DNA of 64,000 nt, from the NCBI RefSeq assembly GCF_000143415.4, contig NW_003314406.1:81007-145006 (forward strand), in the 5' to 3' direction. The notes under the pieces are model-generated. The model had not been told where the DNA came from and did not search any database. It saw only the letters and a list, made by a program, of their open reading frames with translations. This document shows positions 13,691 through 26,382 of this stretch, one piece after another. The translations under genes were made by a program, and so were the position numbers. The stretch is from Selaginella moellendorffii. Lineage: Eukaryota > Plantae > Lycopodiophyta. Each line of letters begins with the position of its first letter. Within the stretch, counting starts at the first letter, position 1.

Positions 13691-13736
13691 TACAGAGCTT
13701 GTGAGATAACATTTAAACTTAAAGTGCGTACTCACC

Positions 13737-16657
13737 AGGTTCGTAGAGAAGATACTGTTTTTCTTTGGCAACTGTAATTATATGCTCCATTGAAGTCACC
13801 TCTTCAATGGAGTTTGTCACCGCAACACACGGGACACCCTTGAGTAGTGCGGCTCGAAAGAATAGTTCGCCGCAGTTGTACTCGACAACGCATTTGCCCT
13901 TGGAGTCACCCGCTATTGCGTTGAAGACCCAGCTGAGCATTTCCCATGCTGCACCTGGAGCTTTCTTTGGATTCGAAAGCTCCATAGCCGTCTTCAGTTC
14001 CTCAGGCACGGGTAAATTGACCTCCCTCAGATCAATTCGATCGGCTTTGTTGAACGAAGCTGGGAAGTCACTCCAGTCCCACTCTGCTGCAGGACCAATA
14101 ACAAAGGCGACTGTGAAGATGCGGACATTCGTCGGTATCTTCTTCTTAGCCATTATCCCATGGATCTCCCGCATCTCCTTGCCTTTCAACCGAGCCTTCA
14201 CCTCGTTCAAGGCCTTCCAGAACTTGTGATAGGATTCGGAGTCGTAGATCATATAGTGGACTGAAGATTCCACCTCCGCAAGTCCCACCATTAAGTCAAT
14301 GATGGAGCTGACTTCGTCTGCATGAGTGATCTCCTCGTTTGTGAAGTCCATCACACAAAAGATGTTCTTGACCTGCTCATCTCCGCGGGAAACGATGCTC
14401 CTCCACCTTTGATCCTCATCCGAATTCACGTATACCCGGTAAGGTTCTCGATAGGCCTCTGCTGCGGGGTCGAGCTGTTTCTGAAGCCGGCGGTCGACAT
14501 CCCTCTTAATGAAATTTGGATACTGATCCAACTTCTCAGCTTTACTTTTCGTGGCATCCCGCAGCAGATCGATGAACTTGGGGGCCCCCTTCACGTACTC
14601 GTCGATGTCTTCATTTGACAAGTCCAGCTCTTCCATCATCTCTTGCGTGGTGTCGATGCTCACCCTCGCCACGGCCACTTGCTCGAAGATCCAATCCTTC
14701 AATAGCGCACGAGCTCTCAGAGTCGTGCACAAGTCCTCGTATGTCACAATATGGCCGGGAGTCATTTTGGTCTTGTTGAAGACTACCTCACCACGTAGAA
14801 GAGCATTAGCCACTGTCAGAAGGTCGTCGTCGTCTAGAGACCGCGAGAAACGCAAGGCGTTGAGCTTCAAATCATTGGGCTTCCGGCCGCCCTCCACACC
14901 CATTGAGTTTAGCAACTCCCCGTCATGGTACCTCCTCAGCACATCTACCCATTTGTCAAAAACAACTTTTGTCGCGAGTAGAATGTTATGGATGCTGAGT
15001 GTGTCATTGACCCCCAGTGTTTTCGAGAGAAGACTCGAGAATTCCTGCAATGGAAATGGCGTGAGGCCACATGCTATGCCACATGCAACGAGGCTTACCT
15101 GCCAGGCACTAGTTCCTAGTGCACGTCCTTGTCCTGGTTTTTGTGGCTTCTTCAGTTGAACCCAGAGCTTCCGTGTTCGTGCCAATGTCTCGTGCAGACC
15201 CGATTTGTAGCACGTTTCTTGCTTGACATTCTGCGCGTGGGAGATGTATATGATAGATCGGAGGGGCGAGTTGCCTTTTATCAGGCGGACAACTCTTGTC
15301 TTGAAGACTTTCTTCACCTCCTCGCCCACCATAATATCCACAACTATCTGTTGCATCGCCAAGCTAGAATGCTGCCCGGAGACGGTATAGAACCGGATGT
15401 TCTGATCGTCCAACACCTTCCTATTGATCAAGTCTGGAAACCTCGTCTCGCCCTTCATTGTTCGGTAGTAGGGGATCACGTCTGCGATGTCGGGTGTTAC
15501 TGGACTTGCCAGCATCTTCTGCTTCAATTTCTCCACCCACTCATCAGATACTAGCCTGTGGTTGTATTTGCTTTGGATCTCGATACGGCTCACGTCGATT
15601 GTATATACTTTGTTGGAATAGTAATAAGTACTATTATCTGCGACGATTTTTGCTGCCTCTTCTTGCTCTTTCTGCTCTTTGCGGCTCTTCTTTTTGGTGG
15701 GTGTAGTGTTCGAACCCGAGGCAATGGCATCACCGAGTAGCTTCTTTTTTGGAGCAGCAGAGTCGGACATCGGCTTGAGCTTGACCACCCTTTTCTGCTT
15801 CGGGGTAGTTTCCAGATCGACCCCCTTCCCCTTCGCTTCGCAAACTGGAGGCACTCTCAACGGCTCAATGTTGGAATATAGTTTTTGAACATCGCTGTAG
15901 GTGAGGTCCGTGGATTCCATGTGATCTTCATAGACCCGCAGCGTCTTTGAAATTGTGGGCCTCCTGGACAACCTCTCCCTAGCTCCCTCTAGGAATTCCT
16001 CATAGCCGCTGCCCCCCTCCGGGAAGCCGCTAGGATGTGCAAGGTGGATCTTGAAGGCGGACGCTGTCTCTACCACAAGTGCCAGTTCATATTCTTGCAT
16101 GGAACTGCATGGAGTGTCTGTCACTTGGATGAGGATCCCCATGCATTCTTTTCTCCCACCATCTGTGTTTTACAGCATCAGATCCTCGCCTTCCATCCCG
16201 AAAGTCCAACTGGTGAGCTCCTCCCCCTTCTCTGCATCCACATTGATAGTGGCTGGAAGAAGAACGCAATTCCTCGCCTGTTCAGAAATGCACAACAATT
16301 AGAGCTGACAGATGAAAAGCTAGCAGCTGGAAATAATGTGAGGCCACACGCCATTCACCACTGCATCAGATGTCTTGAGGTTGCATCCTAAGATGGCGTG
16401 AGGCTACACGCCATCTGTAACCGGACTGCACTCGAGAGCCCAATCGGTGCATGCCAATGTTGCTACTGAATGGCATGTGGCCTCATGCCATTTTCTACTT
16501 GGTCTAAAAGACTTACCATTTGAAGCCGAATGGAGGCCGTGACAATCGAGGCCGGACTCGCTGGCGAATGTGCACTGTGTGTGCAGCGGATCGTAGCAGC
16601 AAGGCTACTCTGCCACTTACAGTTGGAGAGTGGTGCTGAAATCTCCCGGGACGCCAA
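13737..16657 (-). CDS. Cargo protein: ParB/Srx-like domain plus degenerate beta-class DNA amino-methyltransferase-like C-terminal domain (copy 1; premature TAA at 16170-16172)
   Basis: 807-aa ORF. IDVSRIEIQSKYNHRLVSDEWVEKLKQKM...FYTVSGQHSSLAM...IIYISHAQNVKQE follows the ParB N-domain pattern. NPKKAP..EMLSWVF..KGKCVVEYNCGELFFRAALLKGVPCVAV follows the HPTxKP..L..LI..GDxVLDPFxGSGTT..AA..GR pattern. In-frame 54-bp intron at 15045-15098. Confidence 0.6.
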
Positions 16658-16724
16658 GTGGGCTGCGTGTGGGTGGCGGAGTGGGCGGCGGAGTTGGCGG
16701 CGAAGTTACAAACTGGGTGTGTCT

Positions 16725-16955
16725 TGAAGTGGACGCCGATGCACACGAGCGCGATGCGAGTGCGAGTGTGATGCAAGCGCGAGTGGACGCCGATGCACAC
16801 GAGAAACCTATAGAGAAGTGAGCGCGATGCAAGCGGGAGCGCGATGCGAGCGGGAGCGCGAGTGTGATGCGAGCGCGAGCGCGAGTGTGATGCGAGCGCA
16901 AGCGCGAGTGTGATGCGAGCGCGAGCGCGAGTGTGATGCGAGCGCGAGCGCGAGT
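16725..16955. repeat. CpG-rich tandem repeat (GCGAGTGTGATGCGAGCGC-type) upstream of the cargo gene; shorter copy at ~19895-20066
   Basis: Direct reading. Confidence 0.85.
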
Positions 16956-18170
16956 ACAAAGCAAAATGCAAAACCTAACCTCACACGCGCGAAATGTCAC
17001 AACGGTTGGTAATCCCGCCACATCATCATTCCTCGGACTTGGGCGCCAGCATTAATTTCTGGATTGCCGCGCGCATGCAAGCACGCAAAATCCAAAAGAA
17101 ATCCGCAACGTCATCATTCCTCGGACTGCATGCACGCGAAATCCAAAAGAAAGATCATGATTGGGATATCATTTAATACCCTCGCTATATTTATACCATG
17201 CATGATTGGATATTCCAAAGCATCTTGTATTTCCAAAAATGGCAGATGTTCAGCTAAATAAAGAAATTCTATCTGTTTCTATTTTTCTCTCAAATCAATA
17301 TTATAGCGTGTGGGCTCATGCAATTTTGAACCAAGGAAACCCAAAAAACGTTGGACCTAAAATATTTTGAAAAAACCCAAAAAACCCTAAACATTTTAAA
17401 CCCAAAAATCCAGGCGTCCTGTGGCGTTATTCCTTGAATGGCGTGTGGGCGCATGCCATTTTTAGGGCCAAATGCTGAATGGAGAAAAATTCCTTTTCAG
17501 TGCAAATGCTGCAAGAGGCAGATGCCGAGCACAAAGGACTGTAACTACCTCACATGACACAGATAAACTTTTCTCTATTTGGCAAAGATAAACTTTATAG
17601 CGTGTGGGCTCATGCAATTTTGAACCCAAAAAATGCACCAAAAAATTCTCGGCGTCATCTAGTGTTATCTCTTGAATGGCGTGGGGCCGCATGCCATTTT
17701 CAGGGGCACATAGGAGTATATTCCTAGGATATTCTGACACGCGCGAGATTTTTTTGAGTTTTCTGGAGATCCAACCGTTAGATCGCAACTAGATTTTACA
17801 GAATGGTATACAATGTCTTTCTTGATGACCCTGCAAAGAAGCATCTCGATCGGACACCACATGAGACCACACGAGCCTTACAATGTTTCAGGGGCATTTG
17901 CCATAGATCCAACCGTTATTTTGCTCCAAGATTTTACAGTTTGGTGTGCATTGACCTTTCCATCGAAACTGCAAAGGGACATCATAATCAGATGCGGGAT
18001 CACAAGAAACTAACTTCACTAACTCTGGTTTCACCAAGATCTACGTAAGGAGTTATGAAATGAAAGGACCCTCTCTATTGAAATGTGTTTATGGTCCTAG
18101 GGGCATTGTGAAATATCAAAGGATTTTGCATCAAGTTCTGTATTTGCATGTTTATCAAGCTACTGAATTG

Positions 18171-18197
18171 CTAAACCCTAAACCCTAAACCCTAAAC
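18171..18197 (+). repeat. Short plant telomere-type (CCCTAAA) tract; second copy at 21281-21307
   Basis: ctaaaccctaaaaccctaaaccctaaac. Confidence 0.8.
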
Positions 18198-18277
18198 ATG
18201 TGGCAAATGCTGCGTGAAGAAAGATGCCCTTTCTGGGCAAATGCTGTAAGAGGCAGATGCCGAGCAACGAGGCTTAC

Positions 18278-19836
18278 CTGCCAGGCGCTAGTTGCTAGTG
18301 CACGTCCTTGTCCTGGTTTTTGTGGCTTCTTCAGTTGAACCCAGAGCTTCCGTGTTCGTGCCAATGTCTCGTGCAAACCTGATTTGTAGCACGTTTCTTG
18401 CTTGACATTCTGCGCGTGGGAGATGTATATGATAGATCGGAGGGGCGAGTTGCCTTTTATCAGGCGGACAACTCTTGTCTTGAAGACTTTCTTCACCTCC
18501 TCGCCCACCATAATATCCACAACTATCTGTTGCATCGCCAAGCTAGAATGCTGCCCGGAGACGGCATAGAACCGGATGTTCTGATCGTCCAACACCTTCC
18601 TATTGATCAAGTCTGGAAACCTCGTCTCGCCCTTCATTGTTCGGTAGTAGGGGATCACGTCTGCGATGTCGGGTGTTACTGGACTTGCCAGCATCTTCTG
18701 CTTCAGTTTCTCCACCCACTCATCAGATACTAGCCTGTGGTTGTATTTGCTTTGGATGTCGATACGGCTCACGTCGATTGTATATACTTTGTTGGAATAG
18801 TAACAAGTACTATTATCTGCGACGATTTTTGCTGCCTCTTCTTGCTCTTTCTGCTCTTTGCGGCTCTTCTTTTTGGTGGGTGTAGTGTTCGAACCCGAGG
18901 CAATGGCATCACCGAGTAGCTTCTTTTTTGGAGCAGCAGAGTCGGACGTCGGCTTGAGCTTGACCACCCTTTTCTGCTTCGGGGTAGTTTCCAGATCGAC
19001 CCCCTTCCCCTTCGCTTCGCAAACTGGAGGCACTCTCAACGGCTCAATGTTGGAATATAGTTTTTGAACATCGCCGTAGGTGAGGTCCGTGGATTCCATG
19101 TGATCTTCATAGACCCGCAGCGTCTTTGAAATTGTGGGCCTCCTGGACAACCTCTCCCTAGCTCCCTCTAGGAATTCCTCATAGCCGCTGCCCCCCTCCG
19201 GGAAGCCGCTAGGATGTGCAAGGTGGATCTTGAAGGCGGACGCTGTCTCTACCACAAGTGCCAGTCCATATTCTTGCATGGAACTGCATGGAGTGTCTGT
19301 CACTTGGATGAGGATCCCCATGCATTCTTTTCTCCCACCATCTGTGTTGTACAGCATCAGATCCTCGCCTTCCATCCCGAAAGTCCAACTGGTGAGCTTC
19401 TCCCCCTTCTCTGCATCCACATTGACAGTGGCTGGAACAAGAACGCAATTCCTCGCCTGTTCAGAAATGCACAACAATTAGAGCTGATAGATGAAAAGCT
19501 AGCAGCTGGAAATAACGTGAGGCCACACACCATTCACCACTGCATCAGATGTCTTGAGGCTGCATCCTAAGATGGCGTGAGGCTACACGCCATCTGTAAC
19601 TGGACTGCACTCGAGAGCCCAATCGGTGCATGCCAATGTTGCTACTGAATGGCATGTGGCCTCATGCCATTTTCTACTTGGCCTAAAAGACTTACCATTT
19701 GAAGCCGAATGGAGGCCATGACAATCGAGGCCAGACTCGCTGGCGAATGTGCACTGTGTGTGCAGCGGATCGTAGCAGCAAGGCTACTCTGCCACTTACA
19801 ATTGGAGAGTGGCGCTGAAATCTCCCGGGACGCCAA
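18278..19836 (-). CDS. Duplicated 5' exons of the ParB-like cargo gene (copy 2, open frame)
   Basis: 430-aa ORF 18185-19477 is almost identical to copy 1. It has TAC where copy 1 has TAA and ends at a GTAAG donor at 18277. Confidence 0.65.
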
Positions 19837-22601
19837 GTGGGCTGCATGTGGGTGGCGGAGTTGGCGGCGAAGTTACAAACTGGGTGTGTCTTGAAGTGGA
19901 CGCCGATGCACACGAGCGCGATGCGAGCGCGAGTGTGATGCAAGCGCGAGTGGACGCCGATGCACACGAGAAACCTGTAGAGAAGGTAGATGAGCGCGAA
20001 TGTGAGCGTGATCGCGAGTGGGAGCGCGATGCGAGTGCGAGTGTGATGCGAGCGCAAGCGCGAGTACGAAGCAAAATGCAAAACCTAACCTCACACGCGC
20101 AAAATGTCACAACGGTTGGTAATCCCGCCATGTCATCATTCCTCGGTCTTGGGCGCCAGCATTAATTTCTGGATTGCCGCGCGCATGCAAGCACGCAAAA
20201 TCCAAAAGAAATCCGCAACGTCATCATTCCTCGGACTGCATGCACGCGAAATCCAAAAGAAAGATCATGATTGGGATATCATTTAATACCCTCGCTATAT
20301 TTATACCATGCATGATTGGATATTCCAAAGCATCTTGTATTTCCAAAAATGGCAGATGTTCAGCTAAATAAAGAAATTCTATCTGTTTCTATTTTTCTCT
20401 CAAATCAATATTATAGCATGTGGGCTCATGCAATTTTGAACCAAAGAAACCCAAAAAACGTTGGACCCAAAATATTTTGAAAAAACCCAAAAAACCCTAA
20501 ACATTTTAAACCCAAAAATCCAGGTGTCCTGTGGCGTTATTCCTTGAATGGCGTGTGGGCGCATGCCATTTTCAGGGCCAAATGCTGAATGGAGAAAAAT
20601 TTCTTTTCAGTGCAAATGCTGCAAGAGGCAGATGCCGAGCACAAAGGACTGTAACTACCTCACATGACACAGATAAACTTTTCTCTATTTGGCAAAGATA
20701 AACTTTATAGCGTGTGGGCTCATGCAATTTTGAACCCAAAAAATGCACCAAAAAATTCTCGGTGTCATCTGGTGTTATCTCTTGAATGGCGTGGGGCCGC
20801 ATGCCATTTTCAGGGGCACATAGGAGTATATTCCTAGGATATTCTGACACGCGCGAGATTTTTTTGAGTTTTCTGGAGATCCAACCGTTAGATCGCAACT
20901 AGATTTTACAGAATGGTATACAATGTCTTTCTTGATGACCCTGCAAAGAAGCATCTCGATCGGACACCACATGAGACCACACGAGCCTTACAATGTTTCA
21001 GGGGCATTTGCCATAGATCCAACCGTTATTTTGCTCCAAGATTTTACAGTTTGGTGTGCATTGACCTTTCCATCGAAACTGCAAAGGGACATCACAATCA
21101 GATGCGGGATCACAAGAAACTAACTTCACTAACTCTGGTTTCACCAAGATCTACGTAAGGAGTTATGAAATGAAAGGACCCTCTCTATTGAAATGTGTTT
21201 ATGGTCCTAGGGGCATTGTGACATATCAAAGGATTTCGCATCAAGTTCTGTATTTGCATGTTTATCAAGCTACTGAATTGCTAAACCCTAAACCCTAAAC
21301 CCTAAACATGTGGCAAATGCTGCGTGAAGAAAGATGCCCTTTCTGGGCAAATGCCGTAAGAGGCAGATGCCGAGCAGATGTATCTCAGGCTAGCGAAGGG
21401 GACAAACGAAAGCTAGCTATAAACATGACGGGATGCAAATAGATTACTAGGCTGGTCCTGCGAAAATCAAAAACCATAATTGAAAACATTGAAAATGCAA
21501 AAAAAAAGGTTTAAAATATTTTTGAATTTTAAGCAACCAAAGGAATGTAAGTAAGGCATGTGTTTGTAAGTTTAAAAATGCCTCAACCACTTAAATTCCC
21601 AAGTAAATAAAGCTGTTTCTATTTTTGGTACAGGTAAACTTTATAGCGTGTGGGCTCATGCAATTTTGAACCCAAAAATGCACCAAAAAATGCTCGACTA
21701 GCATTATTCTTTGAATGGCGTGTGGCCTTATATTGCCATAAATGGACGTACACACACAACATAATTATTCCTTTACACGGCGAATAATCTTGGCGCGGAT
21801 CGCTGACATGGCATGGCAAAGTTCGAATCACTGACATGGCACAGCTGGATCGAGGCAAGGACATGATGTGACAAAGTTCAACCTCCGACAGCAAAGTCTA
21901 GAAGCTACTCAGTTTGAAATTTGTCAGAGGAGTCATAAGATCTGGTTTGTCAGAGGATTTGATGTGACGTTCAAGCGTGTGTTATTTTTGAATTCTCGAA
22001 CTCATTCCTAGGTCTATCATTTTTGTGCACCGTGTTCTTGGTTCCGCTGAGCGCAGTGAGCGCTGCTTGTGTAAGCGGCGTTGTGGGTTGTGGTTTATGC
22101 GTCTACGAGCGGTTGCGGCATTGCGAGCGCCAATGCGAGCGGCAGTTTATGCGAGTGGCAGTTTGTGCGAGCGGCGCTACGAGCAGTTGCGGTGTTGCGA
22201 GCGGTGCTACGAGTAGTTGCGGTGTTGTGAGCGGCATTGTCTTTGGTGTGGCTACCGCTTCCTCTTGATATTTGGCACTTGTGCTTCCTGGTATGTTCAC
22301 CATGGAATGGCTTAGGACCACATTTAGAAATGGCATGAGGCCACATGCCATCTTGGGCCCTTGCAATTTCATGGCTAGCGTATTGTCATGTATGTTTTTA
22401 CTTGCCTGCAGCTGTGTGTATATCAAGATGGCATGAGGCCTCATGCCAATTTTGTGAATGCGAAATTTCACGTGGGTGTCAATAGCATGTTTGAATAATG
22501 GCATGTGGCCTCATGCTATTGAGGTTGTTTGGTATGTTATGATTTAGGCCATTCTCCAATCATTTTTTGTATGGTCTTAATTTCTTTTCTGCACTTTCAA
22601 A

Positions 22602-25600
22602 ATGGCCTTCAGGGTTGGGGAAAAGGTTTACATTTTGAATGGTGGGAAGAGAGTTGCAAAAGGGACCCTTGTGTCTATGGATCGGAACTTTGTTATACAC
22701 TGTCAAAGGCTTGGGGAAGGCAATGCTGCTGTATCAGTAGAGACTGTCTTCGATGGGAATGTGGTCACTATTGAACGAGGAGAGATGGTCGTCGGGGTAA
22801 ATGTTGTTGTTGCCTTGAAAAATCTTCAGAAGAAAGCAGATGTTGGGGACAGCGCAAGTGCGACGCATGTTCCCTCTGTGGATCTTAAGAACCGTGCTAC
22901 ATTGATTCAGGCGAAGGTGTTTCTAAACAACCCCGAGGGGGAGGTGGTAGCTGAGGGCTTAGCCACAGTTGTCGATCCAAGAGATGCGGTTGCTAATCAA
23001 GAATTGGGCTGGGATGATATTGGAGTTGCGATTTTAGAGGTTGTTGACACAGAAGAAAACAGTCTGACTATTGGAAGCATTGTGCGGTGGAAATTGAGGC
23101 ACTTAGTGTTTGAGAATGTGAAGGATTCACAATCAAACACCACTACAACTGATGACAGAACATCTCTTCATGGGAAAAGAAAGTACACCTTCCTAAAGCG
23201 CAGCCAAAGGGATCTGAGCAACGAACCGAAAAGGCAGAAAATGGCGATGGAGGTTCGAATGGTCTCGACAGTTGCTTGTTGCAAGAGGAGGTGCTGTCAA
23301 CATGCTGATTGGGATGCTATTGAAGAGGAGAGAGCAAGATACAAAACATTGTCCTGGAAGGCAGCTTGCAATTTTGTGTATGAGGCATTACGATCATCTG
23401 TTGATGCTTCAGAACATCAGGTGGGGGGCATGGTCTTCCAGAGGGGTTTGGTCTGCATGAAGGCATGGAGAATCATTTATGGAGTCCCTCGAACCACATT
23501 CTACAGAATCAAAACTGAGTTCGAGGAACAAAGGGTTCAACAGGCAGTCCATGGGAACGACGGTACGCACAAAACCAGGGGTCATGTTGTATATGGAGAG
23601 GCAATCTTCAAAAGGTTTGTCAAGACATGTAGCGAGTAGCAACCACATAAAACCCGCCTCTGTGAAGATGGAACACGAGACACCCAACGAGTTCTCCCTT
23701 CCATGTATACCAAGGGGGGCCATATTGGAAGATGTGAATCGGGAACTCCAGAGTAATGGCTACAGGAAGCTGAGTCAATCTAGATTTAGTAGATTGTGGA
23801 GCAACAGGTTCAGGGATGTGAGTATAGGAAAGTACTCCAGCTTTTCAAAGTGTGACGAGTGCACTGCTATCAAAATGGCTTTGTCGAAGAATTCTTGCAG
23901 CGCTCAAGAGCGAGAGACGTTGGTTAGAAGGCGGCTCGACCACAACATCGAGCAGAGAAGCTGCAGGACTGCATATTATCATAACAGGATTCTCTCCATG
24001 GAGAGACCTGACTCTTACCTCTACATCATCCACGACAAAATGGACCAGAAAAAGACGTGCTTACCTCGACTCAATCCTGCCCCCAAGGCAATCTCTTCAT
24101 CCATGCAGCTGCCTGTGTCTCTGTTTGGCATAATCGCTCATGGGCATGGTGCCCAGAACTATGGGAACTTCTTTGTACCTCTATAGGGTGGCGGGGGTGC
24201 AAACATGATGATTGCGTCCCTAGCAAAACACTTAAGGTCTCTGCAAAGTGCGTAGACTGAGCTGAACGGCCAACCCTTGCATAAGGCCCTTGTCGATCGA
24301 ACCCCATACAGGGTTCAGCTGGAGGAGGAGCAAAGGCTTGCAGTATCGCGTGGGGCCCCATGCCATCCCAGTGAATATGTTGGCCGTCAGATTGTAGGGT
24401 TATCACGTGAGGCCTCATGCCATTCCGACGAGGCTGGTCGCCCGGTGAATGCACAGCCTCATCCAAACGAAGCAAAATCTCAAGGAAGTTCTTGCGGCCG
24501 ATGTGGCCTTCCACCCCATCTTCTGCTCCAAACAGACAATGCTGGCAGTGAGAACAAAAACATGTACGTCTTCGCGTACTTGGCGATGCTTGTTGCCAAA
24601 GGCATATTTGAAACGGTTACACTTGGCTTTCTCATGGTTGGGCACACTCATGAAGACGTCGATGCCATGTTCAGTCACCTGGCAGAGTCCCTCCGGCGAT
24701 CCAATGTCCTCACCCTCCCACAACTCTACGATGAATTCCAAAATTGCATCAAAGGCACTGTTGAAGCTGCACTTCTGACAGAGGTTCCAGACTTTAAGGG
24801 GTTTGTAAGAGGCTACATCAGGGACGGATCCGAAACGCTGATTGGCCACTCCAAGCCTCTTCAGTTTCATTTCAGCATGTGTGACGGTGCTCCAGTGATG
24901 AGGTACAAGATGAGAGAATGGGACACAGTGTGGCTGCCAGTGGACGGCATTGAACTCTTCAAGAGAGATCCCATAACTAGGGAACCTATGATTCCTCAGG
25001 GTTCCCCACGGCCGATGCACCCGGATGGACTCAAAGACCAGGAAAGTATAGTGGCCGGGATTAGACAACATATTGCCTTCTGGAAGAGGGGGTTGGTGTT
25101 TGGTGGAGAATCCTATTTTCAGAGGTGCAAGCCTTTGCTCGAATACTGGGAGAAGATTATATCTGCTATCCAAAATGGGCCGGTTGTATATGAAGAATTG
25201 GAAGAGTCCTTTTGGCCAGAACCCAGAGCACCAGATAGTAGCGGAACAATGTCCTCTGGAAATGCAGTGACAGATAACGATGTTGAGGATCACTATTGTG
25301 GGCTGAGGAACAAGAAGCCGGATTCAGCATTCAATCCAGTACAGGTCTGCAAAGGAATGGTCGTGCTTGTCAGACCCAGTAATAAAAAACAAATGATATG
25401 GGTGGGGCGCTGCATCACTGATGCAGAGGAGGACGCGGAAACTAACTCCTTCAATGTAACTGTGGAGTGGTTTAAGCCAAGTTCCGGATATACGAAGGAT
25501 TGCCTAGAAAAGAGATGGGTGCTGAATCCAAGGGATCCCAGCATGAGCATATCGGTGGATAATGTTGTGCATGGTTGGATGCGGAAGCAGAGTGCCACCA

Positions 25601-25743
25601 TCACCTTGCCAGACCATGCAAGAGATGCAGCAAGAGCATTCATAACCCGGGTTCAAGGTGAGATTCATGAATATTCCTTTACTAAGTTTCCAATGTATTT
25701 TATTTCAAGGTGAACAATCCGAATCTGAATCAGAGGAGGCGTG
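22602..25743 (+). pseudogene. Sola-like DDD transposase with two N-terminal TNP1/En-Spm-like domains; disrupted
   Basis: CCKRRC...VCMKAW..IYG, FSKCDEC, IHDKMDQKKTCLP, LQTDNAGSENKN, FLMVGHTHEDVDAMFS. TAG stops at 23637, 24184 and ~24254, and a frameshift in the G-run near 23715. Confidence 0.8.
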
Positions 25744-26382
25744 ATGGCATGTGGCCTTACGCCATTCCTAGGTGAGATGATACAAATAACAAGTATAAAT
25801 TCTTAGTTGTTCTAGCAAATCTTACTTAAAGTTCAAGGTGAACAAGCCGAATATGAATTCATCGGATTGTTATAACAAATTGCGAGGTGATGGCATGAGG
25901 CGATATGCCATTTGAGAGTGGTAGCCATTCCTATATGAGGTGAGTGAAGTATTTATTAGAAATACCTCATTCAATTGTGCACTTCTAAGTCTTGGTCCAC
26001 TTAGTACTGTTTGCATGTTTTTATTTTAATTCTTTCTCTAAAATGTTATTTAGCATGTGGCTTCATGCCATTGCTCTCCACAATCATGCATTGAATTTCT
26101 ATCCTTGCATAATACTTCTCCATATATATAGCATGTGCGCACATGTGATATGGTTCATTAGGCCTGATATAGTGTGTGAGGTAAAACAAAGATGATGTGA
26201 CATATGCATTTACCAATCACACGTGCATAAATCTAATAATATGGCGTGTGGCCCATATTAATGGCACATAAACCCATATTGTGGGCTTACGTGCTTTATG
26301 TACCATCATTCCCTTGCAGCGAGTGTGTTGGTTTCCTTTTATAACACAACGAACTCCATATTTTAGGGTGAAGAGCGTTCTC

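Larger units (their letters stand above)
15084..21376. repeat. ~3.1-kb tandem duplication (15084-18263 / 18264-21376) of the cargo gene 5' half and upstream region
   Basis: Near-identical sequence with offset 3179 at the start and 3110 at the end. Duplicated ORFs appear in the track. Confidence 0.95.

Noticed and set aside
16513-17021. Arg/Ala/Ser-rich ORFs (also 19692-20165)
   Set aside because: They are translations of the CG-rich tandem repeat.
18171-18197. True telomere or chromosome-healing site
   Set aside because: Only ~4 imperfect units, internal to the transposon and copied with the tandem duplication.
24415-25643. Antisense ORFs over the transposase, and + strand ORFs over the cargo gene
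   Set aside because: They are shadow frames of real coding sequence on the opposite strand.
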